DNA from: Tagaea sp.
GTDB lineage: Bacteria; Pseudomonadota; Alphaproteobacteria; CACIAM-22H2
NCBI GenBank assembly: GCA_965279525.1
Contig: CBDIIB010000004.1
Coordinates: 800,001 to 864,000, forward strand
Direction of reading: 5' to 3'
DNA length: 64,000 nucleotides
Made by a program: the position numbers and the translations under genes. Positions 27,547 to 39,845 of the stretch are shown piece by piece (positions within the stretch are counted from its first letter, which is position 1; every line of letters starts with the position of its first letter). The notes under the pieces were generated by a model that had not been told where the DNA came from, did not search any database, and saw nothing but the letters and a program-made list of their open reading frames with translations.

Positions 27547-28869
27547 ATGATCCCGCGCTATTCCCGCCCCCAGATGACCGCCATCTGGGAACCTGAATCC
27601 CGTTTCCGCATCTGGTTCGAGATCGAGGCCCACGCCTGCGACGCGCAGGCCATCCTCGGCGTGATCCCGAAGAAGGCCGCCAAGGAGATCTGGAAGAAGG
27701 GCAAGTGGGAGATCGACCGCATCGACGAGATCGAGCGCGAGACCAAGCACGACGTCATCGCGTTCCTGACCAACCTTGCCGAGCATGTCGGCCCCGCCGC
27801 GCGCTTCGTGCACCAAGGCATGACGTCGTCCGACGTGCTCGACACGACCTTCGCGGTCCAGCTCGTGCGCGCATCCGACATGCTGCTCGACGACATCGAC
27901 CGCGTGCTCGCGGCCCTCAAGAAGCGCGCGATGGAGCATAAATACACGCCGACGGTGGGACGCAGCCACGCCATCCATGCCGAGCCGGTCACGTTCGGGC
28001 TGAAGCTCGCGGGCTACCACGCCGAATTCCAGCGCAACCGCGCCCGCCTGGTCGCAGCGCGCGCCGAGATCGCGACCTGCGCCATTTCCGGGGCCGTCGG
28101 CACGTTCGCCAACATCGATCCGTTCGTCGAAGAATACGTGTCGAAGAAGCTGGGGCTGGTGCCCGAGACGGTATCGACGCAGGTGATTCCGCGCGACCGC
28201 CACGCGATGTTCTTCGCCACGCTTGGCGTTATCGCCGCGTCGATGGAGCGTTTCGCCATCGAGGTTCGCCACCTGCAGCGCACCGAACTGCGAGAAGCCG
28301 AGGAATATTTCAGCCCCGGGCAGAAGGGCTCGTCGGCGATGCCGCACAAGCGCAATCCGGTGCTGTCGGAGAACCTGACCGGACTTTCGCGCATCGTGCG
28401 CGCGGCGGTGGTCCCGGCGCTGGAGAACGTGGCGCTTTGGCACGAGCGGGACATCTCCCACTCGGCCGTCGAACGCGTGTTCGGGCCGGACGCCACGATC
28501 GCGCTGGATTTCGCGCTCAACCGCATGGCCGGGCTGATCGAGAAATGGACGATCTACCCCGAAGCCATGCAGGCCAATCTCGACCGGCTGGGCGGGCTCG
28601 TCCATTCCCAGCGCGTGCTGCTCGCACTCACGCAGGCCGGCATGGCCCGCGAGGACGCCTACCGCTTCGTCCAGTCGGCGGCGATGGAGATCTGGAAGGC
28701 CGGCGGGGGCGATTTCGCCGCACGCCTCAAGACCGACCCGGTGGTCAAGAAGCACCTGTCGGCAAAGCAGATCGACGCACTGTTCGATCTCGCCTACCAC
28801 ACCAAGCATGTCGACACGATCTTCCGCCGCGTGTTCGGCGCGCCGAAGAAGGCGAAGAAGCGCCGCTAG
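27547..28869 (+). CDS. purB: Adenylosuccinate lyase
   Basis: MIPRYSRP, HQGMTSSDVLDT, GRSHAIHAEP, GSSAMPHKRNP. Confidence 0.98.
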   Translation: MIPRYSRPQMTAIWEPESRFRIWFEIEAHACDAQAILGVIPKKAAKEIWKKGKWEIDRIDEIERETKHDVIAFLTNLAEHVGPAARFVHQGMTSSDVLDTTFAVQLVRASDMLLDDIDRVLAALKKRAMEHKYTPTVGRSHAIHAEPVTFGLKLAGYHAEFQRNRARLVAARAEIATCAISGAVGTFANIDPFVEEYVSKKLGLVPETVSTQVIPRDRHAMFFATLGVIAASMERFAIEVRHLQRTELREAEEYFSPGQKGSSAMPHKRNPVLSENLTGLSRIVRAAVVPALENVALWHERDISHSAVERVFGPDATIALDFALNRMAGLIEKWTIYPEAMQANLDRLGGLVHSQRVLLALTQAGMAREDAYRFVQSAAMEIWKAGGGDFAARLKTDPVVKKHLSAKQIDALFDLAYHTKHVDTIFRRVFGAPKKAKKRR

Positions 28870-29187
28870 CTAGCCCTGCTCCATGATCTGCTTCTTGGCG
28901 ACGGGAAGCAGGTGATCCATCTGGGCGCGCAGTTCGGCTTCGGTCATCGAGACGCCCTTGGCCTTGGCATCCGTCAGGATCTTCTCGACCACGTCGGAAT
29001 CGCCGGCCTTCTCGAAGTCGGACGAGACGACTTCCTTGGCATAGGCGTCCGCGTCGGCAATGCCGAGCTTGCCCGCGACCCACTGGCCGAGCAGCTTGTT
29101 GCGCCGCGCCATGACCTTGAACTGGAGTTCCTGGTCGTGCTTGAACTTGTTCTCGAAACCCTTTTGACGTTCGTCGAAACCGCTCAT
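28870..29187 (-). CDS. DUF1476 protein (F1Fo-ATPase inhibitor zeta subunit family)
   Basis: FDERQKGFENKFKHDQELQFK..ARRNKLLGQW, YAKEVV..DF..GD.DV..K. Confidence 0.9.
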   Translation of the reverse strand: MSGFDERQKGFENKFKHDQELQFKVMARRNKLLGQWVAGKLGIADADAYAKEVVSSDFEKAGDSDVVEKILTDAKAKGVSMTEAELRAQMDHLLPVAKKQIMEQG

Positions 29188-29251
29188 GTCGATAGCCCCG
29201 TCGGTGAAAAAGACAGGGTGCGGTTATAGCGAGCCGGAACCCGCTTGTCAC

Positions 29252-29995
29252 ATGTGCACGGTTGTCATATTGCGCCGCCCCGGCCACGACTGGCCCCTGA
29301 TCCTGGGGGCCAATCGCGACGAGATGCGCGACCGGCCCTGGAAGCCCCCCGCCCGCCACTGGCCGGACCGGCCGGACGTGGTCGCGGGGCTGGACGAACT
29401 TGCCGGCGGATCGTGGATGGGGCTCAACGACCAGGGCGTGGTGGCGGCCATCCTCAACCGGCGCGGCTCGCTGGGCCCGGCCGACGGCAAGCGGACGCGC
29501 GGCGAACTGGTGCTCGACGCGCTCGACCATGCCGATGCGGCCGACGCGGCCAAGGCATTCGGCGCACTTGCGGGCGAATCCTACCGGCCCTTCAACATGG
29601 TGATCGCCGACGACCGCGACGCCTACTGGCTGAAATCGCTCGGCTCGGGCCGCGTGCAGGTCGAAACGCTGCCGCCCGGCGTGTCGATGGTCACGGCCTA
29701 TGACCGCAACGACATGACTTCGGCGCGCATCGCCGCGAACCTGCCAAAGTTCGAAGCGGCTTCGCCGCCCGATCCGGACCGCGACGACTGGAAGGGCTGG
29801 GAAACGCTGTTGGCGAGCCGCGAAGGCGACGGCGAGGCGCGCATGAACGTGGCGCTGCCGTCGGGCTTCGGCACCTCGTCGTCGAGCCTGCTGGCCCTGC
29901 CCGACCGCAGCCGCGAGAGCGAGCGGCGCGCGGTCTGGCGCTTTGCCGCCGGGCCCCCCGATTCGCACCCTTACAACGCCGTGAAAACCCGCTAA
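29252..29995 (+). CDS. NRDE/TANGO2 family protein
   Basis: N-terminal MCT, GANRDEM, GGSWMGLN, RGELV, PFN, FGTSSS. Confidence 0.92.
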   Translation: MCTVVILRRPGHDWPLILGANRDEMRDRPWKPPARHWPDRPDVVAGLDELAGGSWMGLNDQGVVAAILNRRGSLGPADGKRTRGELVLDALDHADAADAAKAFGALAGESYRPFNMVIADDRDAYWLKSLGSGRVQVETLPPGVSMVTAYDRNDMTSARIAANLPKFEAASPPDPDRDDWKGWETLLASREGDGEARMNVALPSGFGTSSSSLLALPDRSRESERRAVWRFAAGPPDSHPYNAVKTR

Positions 29996-30015
29996 TCCAG
30001 AGGCTTAAGGGCGCA

Positions 30016-30044
30016 TTGCGAGGGGGTGCGCGCTGGGCTATACA
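30016..30044 (+). promoter_or_regulatory. Putative sigma70 promoter of the pur operon (TTGCGA-N17-TATACA)
   Basis: -35 at 30016-30021, -10 at 30039-30044, about 95 nt upstream of purC. Confidence 0.45.
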
Positions 30045-30139
30045 AGCCTCTCTTTTCCGCCCCGCCGCGCCTGTCAAAACCGATGGCGCGGCGCGACTTT
30101 TCGGGGCGGAACCCACCCCATCGACGCCAGGGGGCGCCA

Positions 30140-30907
30140 TTGTCCCGCCGCAAGCAGCTCTACGAAGGCAAGGCCAAGATCCTGTTCGAAGGCCCCGAGC
30201 CCGGCACCATCGTCCAGTACTTCAAGGACGACGCCACGGCCTTCAACAACAAGAAGAAGGGCGTCATCACCGGCAAGGGCGTGCTCAACAACCGCATCTC
30301 GGAATTCCTGATGATGCGGCTGGAAGAGATGGGCGTTCCCACGCACTTCATCCGCCGTCTCAACATGCGCGAGCAGCTCGTGCGCGAGGTCGAGATCATT
30401 CCGCTGGAAGTGATCGTGCGCAATGTCGCGGCCGGCTCGTTCAGCACGCGCTTCGGCGTGGCCGAGGGCCAGGCCCTGCCCCGCTCGATCGTCGAGTACT
30501 GCTACAAGAACGACGAACTCGGCGACCCGATGGTGTCCGAAGAGCACATCACCGCGTTCGGCTGGGCCGACACGCGCGATCTCGACGACATCATGGCGCT
30601 GGCACTGCGCATCAACGACTACCTCTCGGGCCTGTTCCTGGGCGTGGGCATCAAGCTCATCGACTTCAAGCTCGAGTTCGGCCGCCACTGGAACGAGCAC
30701 GAGGAGATGCGCATCATCCTCGCCGACGAGATCAGCCCGGACAGCTGCCGACTGTGGGACATCAAGACCAACGAGAAGATGGACAAGGACCGCTTCCGGC
30801 GCGATCTCGGCAATGTCGAGGAAGCCTACCAGGAAGTGGCGCGGCGCCTGGGCATCCTGCCCGAGGGCGGACCGCGCGACCACAAGGGTACCGGCACGCT
30901 TCAGTGA
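30140..30907 (+). CDS. purC: SAICAR synthetase
   Basis: [47 protein letters not shown]; probable TTG start. Confidence 0.97.
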   Translation: MSRRKQLYEGKAKILFEGPEPGTIVQYFKDDATAFNNKKKGVITGKGVLNNRISEFLMMRLEEMGVPTHFIRRLNMREQLVREVEIIPLEVIVRNVAAGSFSTRFGVAEGQALPRSIVEYCYKNDELGDPMVSEEHITAFGWADTRDLDDIMALALRINDYLSGLFLGVGIKLIDFKLEFGRHWNEHEEMRIILADEISPDSCRLWDIKTNEKMDKDRFRRDLGNVEEAYQEVARRLGILPEGGPRDHKGTGTLQ

Positions 30908-30920
30908 GGATCGAAACGAA

Positions 30921-31163
30921 ATGAAGGCGAAGATCCACGTCACCCTCAAGAACGGCGTCCTCGACGTGCAGGGCAAGGCCGTTGCGGCGGGCCTCGCCGG
31001 CCTCGGCTTCGCCGGCATCGGCGACGTGCGCGTCGGGCGCTATGTCGAGATCGAGCTCGCCGCCAAGGACCGCGCTTCGGCGGAAGCGAGCGTCAAGCAG
31101 ATGTGCGACAAGCTCCTCGCCAACACCGTGATCGAGAACTACCGCATCGAGATCGCGGAGTAG
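30921..31163 (+). CDS. purS: Phosphoribosylformylglycinamidine synthase subunit PurS
   Basis: VTLKNGVLDVQGKAV, MCDKLLANTVIENY. Confidence 0.96.
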   Translation: MKAKIHVTLKNGVLDVQGKAVAAGLAGLGFAGIGDVRVGRYVEIELAAKDRASAEASVKQMCDKLLANTVIENYRIEIAE

Positions 31164-31170
31164 CGGCAAG

Positions 31171-31877
31171 ATGAAATCCGCGATCGTCGTCTTCCCCGGT
31201 TCCAATCGCGAGAACGACGCGGCCGACGCGATCGAGCGCGCCTCGGGCAAGCGTCCTTCCATCGTCTGGCACAAGGACAGCGAGCTGCCGTCGAAGCTCG
31301 ACCTGATCGTGCTGCCCGGCGGCTTCGCTTACGGCGACTATCTGCGCTGCGGTGCCATGGCGGCGCGCAGCCCGATCATGCGCGAGGTGATCGCGCGCGC
31401 CGACAAGGGCACGGCTGTCGTCGGCGTGTGCAACGGCTTCCAGATCCTGTGCGAGGCGGGCCTGCTGCCGGGCGTGCTGCTGTCCAACGCCGGCCTCAAG
31501 TTCATCTGCCGCGACGTCCACCTGAAAGTCGCCAACAGCCAGACGATGTTCACGAACCGCTACTCGACCAGCGACGTGATCCGCTTTCCGGTGGCGCACC
31601 ACGACGGCAACTACTTCGCCGACGCGGATACGCTGAAGCGCATCGAGGATGGCGACCAGGTCGCCTTCCGCTACTGCACGCCCGACGGCGAGACCAGTGC
31701 TGCCGGCAACCCCAACGGGTCGCTTGCCAACATCGCCGGCGTGTTCAACGCCACCAAGACCGTAATGGGGCTGATGCCGCATCCCGAGAACGCCACCGAC
31801 CCGGCCACGGCCGGCGCACTCGGCGGTTCGCTCGACGGCACGCCGATGTTCGACGCCATCGTGGACGCGCTCTCGAA

Positions 31878-31881
<4 letters not shown>
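31171..31881 (+). CDS. purQ: Phosphoribosylformylglycinamidine synthase subunit PurQ
   Basis: [37 protein letters not shown]. Confidence 0.97.
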
Positions 31882-34076
<2,195 letters not shown>

Positions 34077-34087
34077 GGTTATTCGCG

Positions 34088-34327
34088 ATGCCGATGGCCG
34101 CCGCCGATATCGAGAAGCTGATCCGCGAGGCCCTGCCCGACGCCGCCGTGCGCATTGACGACCTGCGCGGCGACGGCGATCATTACGCCTGTCACGTGGC
34201 TTCCGCCCTGTTCAAGGGCAAGAGCCGCGTACAGCAGCATCAGATGGTCTACGCCGCACTCAAGGGCCGCATGGGCGGCGAGTTGCATGCGCTGGCCGTC
34301 CAGACTGAAATTCCGGCGGACGCCTGA
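34088..34327 (+). CDS. bolA: BolA family protein
   Basis: [30 protein letters not shown]. Confidence 0.93.
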   Translation: MPMAAADIEKLIREALPDAAVRIDDLRGDGDHYACHVASALFKGKSRVQQHQMVYAALKGRMGGELHALAVQTEIPADA

Positions 34328-34367
34328 GGCGGGCCGCCACCCCCCTTACGAACTTCGGAGTATCGCC

Positions 34368-34700
34368 ATGGACAGCGTCAAGGACCGGATCGAAAGCGAC
34401 CTCAAGGCGAACGACGTGGTGCTCTATATGAAGGGCACGCCCGTCTTCCCGCAATGCGGCTTCTCGTCCGCGGTCGTGCAGGTGCTCACGCATCTGGGCA
34501 TCAAGTTCAAGGGCATCAACGTGCTCGAGGACCCCGAGATCCGCAACGGCATCAAGGATTTCGCGAACTGGCCGACGATCCCGCAGCTCTACGTGAAGGG
34601 CGAGTTCGTCGGCGGCTGCGACATCGTGCGCGAGATGTACCAGACGGGCGAGCTCGCCGAGCTGCTCCAGACCAAGGGCGTCCCGGTCAAGGCGGCCTGA
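34368..34700 (+). CDS. grxD: Monothiol glutaredoxin Grx4
   Basis: [32 protein letters not shown]. Confidence 0.96.
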   Translation: MDSVKDRIESDLKANDVVLYMKGTPVFPQCGFSSAVVQVLTHLGIKFKGINVLEDPEIRNGIKDFANWPTIPQLYVKGEFVGGCDIVREMYQTGELAELLQTKGVPVKAA

Positions 34701-34714
34701 CATTCACGCATCGG

Positions 34715-34752
34715 AACGGGAAACGGCGGCCTTCGGGCCGCCGTTTTCGTTT
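34715..34752. terminator. Intrinsic (bidirectional) terminator between grxD and the convergent dioxygenase gene
   Basis: AAACGGCGGCC-TTCG-GGCCGCCGTTT hairpin followed by TCGTTT. Confidence 0.85.
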
Positions 34753-35531
34753 CAGGCGAACGAATACGCCGCCATCGACAAGGCACCCATCGTGAAGCTC
34801 GAATGGATGCGCGTGGCCTTCGCACCCTTGCCGCCGGCGCCATAAGCAAGAAACACCGGGATCAAATGTTCGTCACGCGGATGGGCTTGGCGCGCATTGG
34901 GGGCCTGCGCGCGATAGTCGGCAAGCGCCGCCTCGTCGCCTGCTTCGAGTTTCGCGCCGAGCCAGTCGTCGAAATCCCTGGCCCAGGGCTCGATCGCGTC
35001 GCTGCCCTGCCAGGCGAGGGCGCGAAGATTGTGGACAGCCCCACCCGAGCCGACGATCAGCACGCCTTCCGAGCGCAGCGGGGCGAGGGCGCGGCCCACG
35101 GCTATGTGGTGGGCGGGCCCGAGCTGCGGCTGGATCGCGATCTGGGCGACCGGGATCTTCGCGTCGGGATACGCGAGCATCAGCGGAACCCATGCCCCGT
35201 GATCGAGCCCCTGCCCCGCATCGCCGGCCGTGGCGATGCCGGCGGCATCCAGCAAGGCAGCCGCTTTCGCAGCCACGTCCGGTGCACCGGGTGCAGGATA
35301 GGAAATCGCGTAGAGCTCGCGCGGGAAGCCGGTGAAATCGTGGATCGTTTCGGGCTTCGTGGCGAGCGACACGGCAGGTGCCGCCGTCTCCCAGTGCGCC
35401 GAGGCGACGAGGATCGCCTTGGGGCGGGGCAACGCGGCGCCCAGCCCGCGAAGGAAATCGCGGGCCGGGATGTCGTCGAGCGGCAGCGTCGGCGCGCCGT
35501 GCGAAACGAAGATGGAAGGAAGCGTCGTCAC
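34752..35531 (-). CDS. Class III extradiol dioxygenase (DODA/YgiD, LigB family)
   Basis: LPSIFVSHGAP, SAHW, IHDFTGFP, GLDHGAWVPL, GSGGAVHNL, AHPRDEHL; GTG start overlapping the GST stop. Confidence 0.93.
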   Translation of the reverse strand: MTTLPSIFVSHGAPTLPLDDIPARDFLRGLGAALPRPKAILVASAHWETAAPAVSLATKPETIHDFTGFPRELYAISYPAPGAPDVAAKAAALLDAAGIATAGDAGQGLDHGAWVPLMLAYPDAKIPVAQIAIQPQLGPAHHIAVGRALAPLRSEGVLIVGSGGAVHNLRALAWQGSDAIEPWARDFDDWLGAKLEAGDEAALADYRAQAPNARQAHPRDEHLIPVFLAYGAGGKGAKATRIHSSFTMGALSMAAYSFA

Positions 35532-36139
35532 GGCACCTTCATACCACGTTGGACGGCCGGGCGCGCCGCGATCGCTTCGCGCCAGCGCTGGAAGTTGGGA
35601 AGCTTCGATGGATCGGCGCCGAACCAGTCGCCCGCCACCCACGGATAGACCGCCATGTCGGCGATCGAATAGTCGCCGGCAAGGTACGGCGCTTCGCCCA
35701 GACGCTTCTCCAGCACGCCGAGCAGCCGGTCGACTTCCTTCTGGTAGCGCTCGATCGCGTAGGGAACCTTCTCCGACGCCGACTTCGCGAAGTGCCAGAG
35801 CTGGCCGAACATCGGGCCGATGCCGCCCATCTGCCACATCAGCCACTGGTGCGTCGTGGCGCGCGCGGCCGGATCGACCGGCAGGAAGCGGCCCGTCTTC
35901 TCCGCCAGATAGAACAGGATGGCACCCGATTCGAACAGCGACAGGGGCTTGCCCCCGGGACCGTCGATGTCGACGATCGCGGGGATCTTGTTGTTGGGCG
36001 ATATCTTCAGGAAGCCGGGCGCGAACTGCTCGTCCTTCGAGAAGTCGATCGGATGCACCTTGTAGGGCAGCCCCGTCTCCTCGAGGAAGATCGCGACCTT
36101 GCGGCCGTTCGGCGTGCCGGCGGTGTGGAACTCGATCAT
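35528..36139 (-). CDS. Glutathione S-transferase (YfcG-like)
   Basis: TPNGRK, ISPNNKIPAIVD, FESGAIL, WQMGGIGPMFGQ, YSIADMA. Confidence 0.93.
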   Translation of the reverse strand: MIEFHTAGTPNGRKVAIFLEETGLPYKVHPIDFSKDEQFAPGFLKISPNNKIPAIVDIDGPGGKPLSLFESGAILFYLAEKTGRFLPVDPAARATTHQWLMWQMGGIGPMFGQLWHFAKSASEKVPYAIERYQKEVDRLLGVLEKRLGEAPYLAGDYSIADMAVYPWVAGDWFGADPSKLPNFQRWREAIAARPAVQRGMKVP

Positions 36140-36143
36140 CGAA

Positions 36144-36701
36144 TCAGCCCTTCAGCTTCTTCGCCAACCCCGCGACGCGCGCACCCAGAGCCGCACCCGA
36201 TGCCTGGTCGTCCTTCGACGGGTTCGTGTCGGTCGGTGCCGCATTCTCGGACGTCGCCATCACGCCACCCCAAGCGGAGAGCCGGTTGAGCGTGACGTCG
36301 CCCTGCTTGGTGCCGACCATGACGCCCTGGCTCACCCAGACCATCGAGTGCTGCATGGCGAGCGTCCACATGTAGGTGAGCGTCGAGAACTTGTCGCCCG
36401 ACGGGCCGGAGCTGTTCGTGAAGCCGGCGGCGAGCTTGTCCTTCCAGTCTTGCGTGAACCACGCCTTCGCGGTCGTATCGGCCCATGTCTTGAAGGGACC
36501 CGAAACGCCGCCCATGTAGGTGGGCGATCCGAAGATGATCGCGTCGGCGGCCTTCAGCGTCTCGGCCTTCGCCTCGGCCTCGGCGACCGGGATGAGGTCG
36601 ACGGTCGTGCCGGCAACCGATGCCGCCCCCTTGGCCACGGCTTCCGCCAGGACCTTCGTGTGCCCGAATCCGCTGTGATAGACGATCGCGACCTTGGCCA
36701 T
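36144..36701 (-). CDS. Flavodoxin family / WrbA-like NAD(P)H-dependent oxidoreductase
   Basis: VYHSGFGHT, FGSPTYMG, WKDKLAAGFTNS..SGDK. Confidence 0.92.
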   Translation of the reverse strand: MAKVAIVYHSGFGHTKVLAEAVAKGAASVAGTTVDLIPVAEAEAKAETLKAADAIIFGSPTYMGGVSGPFKTWADTTAKAWFTQDWKDKLAAGFTNSSGPSGDKFSTLTYMWTLAMQHSMVWVSQGVMVGTKQGDVTLNRLSAWGGVMATSENAAPTDTNPSKDDQASGAALGARVAGLAKKLKG

Positions 36702-36771
36702 TGTTCGACTCCTCGAAGTAAGTTACATTTCCATACCGACACCATATCGCGTCTTCGATATGCTTTGTAAA

Positions 36772-36793
36772 GTAGGTACCGTTTGGTAACTAC
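36772..36793. promoter_or_regulatory. Putative operator of the HxlR-family regulator
   Basis: Imperfect palindrome GTAGGTACC-GTTT-GGTAACTAC in the divergent promoter region. Confidence 0.5.
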
Positions 36794-36815
36794 CCTTGGA
36801 TCGCGGAGACCAGCC

Positions 36816-37166
36816 ATGCCGATGCCGAAAAGCCCGATGGGCTGCCCGATGGACGCCCTGCTCCGCCTGCTGATGGGGCCGTGGACGACGTACATCCTGT
36901 GGGTCTTGCGCAACCACGGGCCGACGCGCTTCGGCGCGCTGAAGCGCCATGTCGCCGGCATCTCCGCCAAGATGCTGACCGAGCGGCTGCGGCTGCTGGA
37001 AAGCGCCGACGTCGTCGCGCGCGCCTACGAGCCGACGATCCCCCCGCAGGTGACATACTCGCTCACCGCGCGCGGCGAGGAACTGTCGCTGGTCTTCAAG
37101 AAGCTCGACGAAATCGCGCGGCGCTGGCGCGACGAGGACATGAAGCGCGGGAAAAAAGCCGCCTGA
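36816..37166 (+). CDS. HxlR family transcriptional regulator
   Basis: N-terminal GCP, GPWT, RFGALKR, ISAKMLTERLR, PPQVTYSLT.RG. Confidence 0.93.
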   Translation: MPMPKSPMGCPMDALLRLLMGPWTTYILWVLRNHGPTRFGALKRHVAGISAKMLTERLRLLESADVVARAYEPTIPPQVTYSLTARGEELSLVFKKLDEIARRWRDEDMKRGKKAA

Positions 37167-37170
37167 AACG

Positions 37171-37203
37171 GAAAAGGCCGGCCCCGAGGGACCGGCCTTT
37201 CTT
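37171..37203. terminator. Bidirectional intrinsic terminator between hxlR and rpsD
   Basis: AAAGGCCGG...CCGGCCTTT stem with A-tract and T-tract flanks. Confidence 0.85.
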
Positions 37204-37223
37204 GTCCGGAATGTTCCCGACCG

Positions 37224-37841
37224 TCAGCGCGAATAGAATTCGATGACGAGGTTCGGTTCCATCTGCACGGGGTACGGCACGTCCGAGAGCTTCGGCGTGC
37301 GCACGAACTTGCCCTTGAACGCCTTCTGGTCGACGACTTCCAGATAGTCGGGAACCTGGCGCTCCTGCGAGGAGACCGCCTCGAGCACCTGGACGTTCTC
37401 GCGCATCTTCGGATTGAGCTCGACCGTGTCGCCTTCCTTGACGAACATCGAGGCGATGTCGGCGCGCTTGCCGTTGATCAGCACGTGGCCGTGGCTGACG
37501 ATCTGGCGGGCGGCGAACACCGTCGGCGCGAACTTCAGGCGGTAGACGACCGCGTCCAGACGGCGCTCGAGAAGGCCGATCAGGTTCTCGGACGTGTCGC
37601 CCTTCTTGCGGATGGCTTCCGTGTAGATCTTGCGGAACTGGCGCTCGGTGATGTTGCCGTAATAGCCCTTCAGCTTCTGCTTGGCGCGCAGCTGGGTGCC
37701 GAAATCGGTCGGCTTCTTGCGGCGCTGCCCGTGCTGGCCGGGGCCGTATTCGCGCTTGTTGACCGGGCTCTTCTCGCGGCCCCAGAGGTTTTCCCCGAGG
37801 CGGCGGTTGATCTTGTATTTGGACTCTTGACGCTTCGACAT
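37224..37841 (-). CDS. rpsD: 30S ribosomal protein S4
   Basis: [50 protein letters not shown]. Confidence 0.98.
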   Translation of the reverse strand: MSKRQESKYKINRRLGENLWGREKSPVNKREYGPGQHGQRRKKPTDFGTQLRAKQKLKGYYGNITERQFRKIYTEAIRKKGDTSENLIGLLERRLDAVVYRLKFAPTVFAARQIVSHGHVLINGKRADIASMFVKEGDTVELNPKMRENVQVLEAVSSQERQVPDYLEVVDQKAFKGKFVRTPKLSDVPYPVQMEPNLVIEFYSR

Positions 37842-37995
37842 GGTTTCATCGTCTCCTCGGCGGCCTCGTGGAGCCTGGCGCAACCCCGTGACGCGCCGCC
37901 GAAAAAAAGTTGAACGAGCGATCCCTCGGTAATGGCCCGTCGTTAAAACGGGGCAAAGCCTTGCCAGGCAGGGGAACCTCGTCCGAAGGCGGCGG

Positions 37996-38023
37996 AGTAT
38001 AGTCATCGCCGGGGTTCTGTCAA
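37996..38023 (-). promoter_or_regulatory. Sigma70 promoter of rpsD (TTGACA-N16-TATACT)
   Basis: Near-consensus hexamers about 150 nt upstream of the rpsD ATG. Confidence 0.7.
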
Positions 38024-38036
38024 ACGCGGGATTTGC

Positions 38037-39845
38037 ATGCGCGAACAAGAGGTTGAGGAGGGTTTGCAGCGCTGGTCGATGACCAGCGTGATGACGCTGT
38101 CGATTGCGGGACTCGTCGGGCTGGCGCTGGCGGTGGTCCTGGTGATCCAGATTTCGGTCGGCCGCACCGCGACGAACGACCTTTTCCGCGCCAAGGGCGA
38201 CCTGATGGTCGACCTGATCGCCAGCCGCGTGCGCGCCCAGCTCGACCCGGCCTCCGCCCAGCTCTCCTTCATCGCCGAGGTGCTGGCACAGCCGGGCGTC
38301 AATTACGGCCGCAGCCGCATCGCCGACCTGATGACCGGGGCGCTGGCCGGCGCCCCGCAGATCCACCGGCTCGTCTTCATCTATCCCGACGCGAAGGCGG
38401 TGATCGTCGAGCGCGGGATCGATGCGGCCAACGTCACCTTCCCCGATCTCGGCGACTTGCCGCATGTGCGCGAGGGCCTGCGCGAGGCGCATGCCAGCGT
38501 GGGCGGCCGCTGGGGCGAGTTCATCTTCACGGATGCCGGATCCGGACCTGCCGTCAACCGCCGGCACGCGGTGTGGCGCGACGGCCAGTTCGTCGGCGCG
38601 CTCGCCGCCCTCGTGCCGCTGCGCGACCTGTCGGTCATCGTCGAACAGTCGGTCGCGGCCGAGTATGGCGGCGTGCCGTTCATCCTCCATGGCGACGAGG
38701 CCGTGCTGGCGCACCGGCGGCTGATGACGCCCTTCCCCGGCCTGTCGCCCGAGCATCCGCTGCCCACGCTCGCCGAGATCGGTGACCCGGTGTTGGCCCA
38801 GATCTGGTCGGGCCGGCGTGCGGCCCCGCTTCTGGTCCAGGGCGAAGGCCTGCGCGCGGTTTCGGTCGAGGGCCAGACCTACATCTTCCTGCACAAGCAG
38901 CTGCCCGAGTTCGGCACGGTTCCCTGGAATGTCGGCGCCTATTTCCGCGTCGGCGACTTCGCCGACGACGTCCGCTCGATGGCGCTTGCCGGTTTCGCCG
39001 GCCTGGTCGTTCTCGCCTTCGCGCTTGCGTTCGCGGTCGTGCTCGCGCGGCGTCTCGCCCGGCCCACGCGGCGCTTCGCGCGCGCGGCCGCACAGCTCGC
39101 CGACTTCGACTTCGAAAGCGCCGACAGCCTCGCGCGCAGCCGGATCCGCGAGATCGACGAGCAGGCGGTCGCCTTCAACCGCCTGATCGCGGCCCTGCGC
39201 TGGTTCGAAGCCTACGTGCCGCGCAAGCTGGTGCGCCAGCTCGCCCGCCATCCCGAGCGGGGCGGGATCGTCTCGTCGACCCGCGAAGTGACGATCATGT
39301 TCACCGACATCGTCGGGTTCACCGCACTCTCGCAGACGATGACGCCCGAAGCGACGGCCGACATGCTCAACCGCCATTTCGCGCAGGTCATCGCCGCGAT
39401 CGAGGCGACGGGGGGAACGCTCGACAAGTTCATGGGCGACGGCGTGATGGCCTTCTGGGGAGCACCTGAAAGCCATGACAGCCACGCGCGCGCGGCCCTC
39501 GACACGGCGCGCGCCATCGCCGCGGCCGTCGCGACGGGCGATCTGCGGGTGCGCATCGGCGTGCATACCGGCCCCGTCGTCGCCGGAAATGTCGGCAGCC
39601 GCGAACGGCTCAACTACACGATCCTGGGCGACGCGGTGAACGTCACGCAGCGCATCGAGCAGCTTGGCCACGGGCTGATGGAAGCCGGCGAGCGGACCTG
39701 CGTTCTCGCAAGCCGCATCACCTTCGAAGCGGCCGGCGCACCGGCGGATTTCATCGCGGCAGGCGAGTTCAGCCTGCGCGGCCGCGAGGCCCCGGTCGAG
39801 ATTTTCCGGCTTTTGCCAGATGGGGCCGCTCGACGAGCCCCGTGA
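38037..39845 (+). CDS. Membrane-bound class III adenylate/guanylate cyclase with periplasmic sensor and HAMP-like linker
   Basis: Two TM helices; [45 protein letters not shown]. Start uncertain (38037, 38064 or 38079). Confidence 0.92.
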   Translation: MREQEVEEGLQRWSMTSVMTLSIAGLVGLALAVVLVIQISVGRTATNDLFRAKGDLMVDLIASRVRAQLDPASAQLSFIAEVLAQPGVNYGRSRIADLMTGALAGAPQIHRLVFIYPDAKAVIVERGIDAANVTFPDLGDLPHVREGLREAHASVGGRWGEFIFTDAGSGPAVNRRHAVWRDGQFVGALAALVPLRDLSVIVEQSVAAEYGGVPFILHGDEAVLAHRRLMTPFPGLSPEHPLPTLAEIGDPVLAQIWSGRRAAPLLVQGEGLRAVSVEGQTYIFLHKQLPEFGTVPWNVGAYFRVGDFADDVRSMALAGFAGLVVLAFALAFAVVLARRLARPTRRFARAAAQLADFDFESADSLARSRIREIDEQAVAFNRLIAALRWFEAYVPRKLVRQLARHPERGGIVSSTREVTIMFTDIVGFTALSQTMTPEATADMLNRHFAQVIAAIEATGGTLDKFMGDGVMAFWGAPESHDSHARAALDTARAIAAAVATGDLRVRIGVHTGPVVAGNVGSRERLNYTILGDAVNVTQRIEQLGHGLMEAGERTCVLASRITFEAAGAPADFIAAGEFSLRGREAPVEIFRLLPDGAARRAP

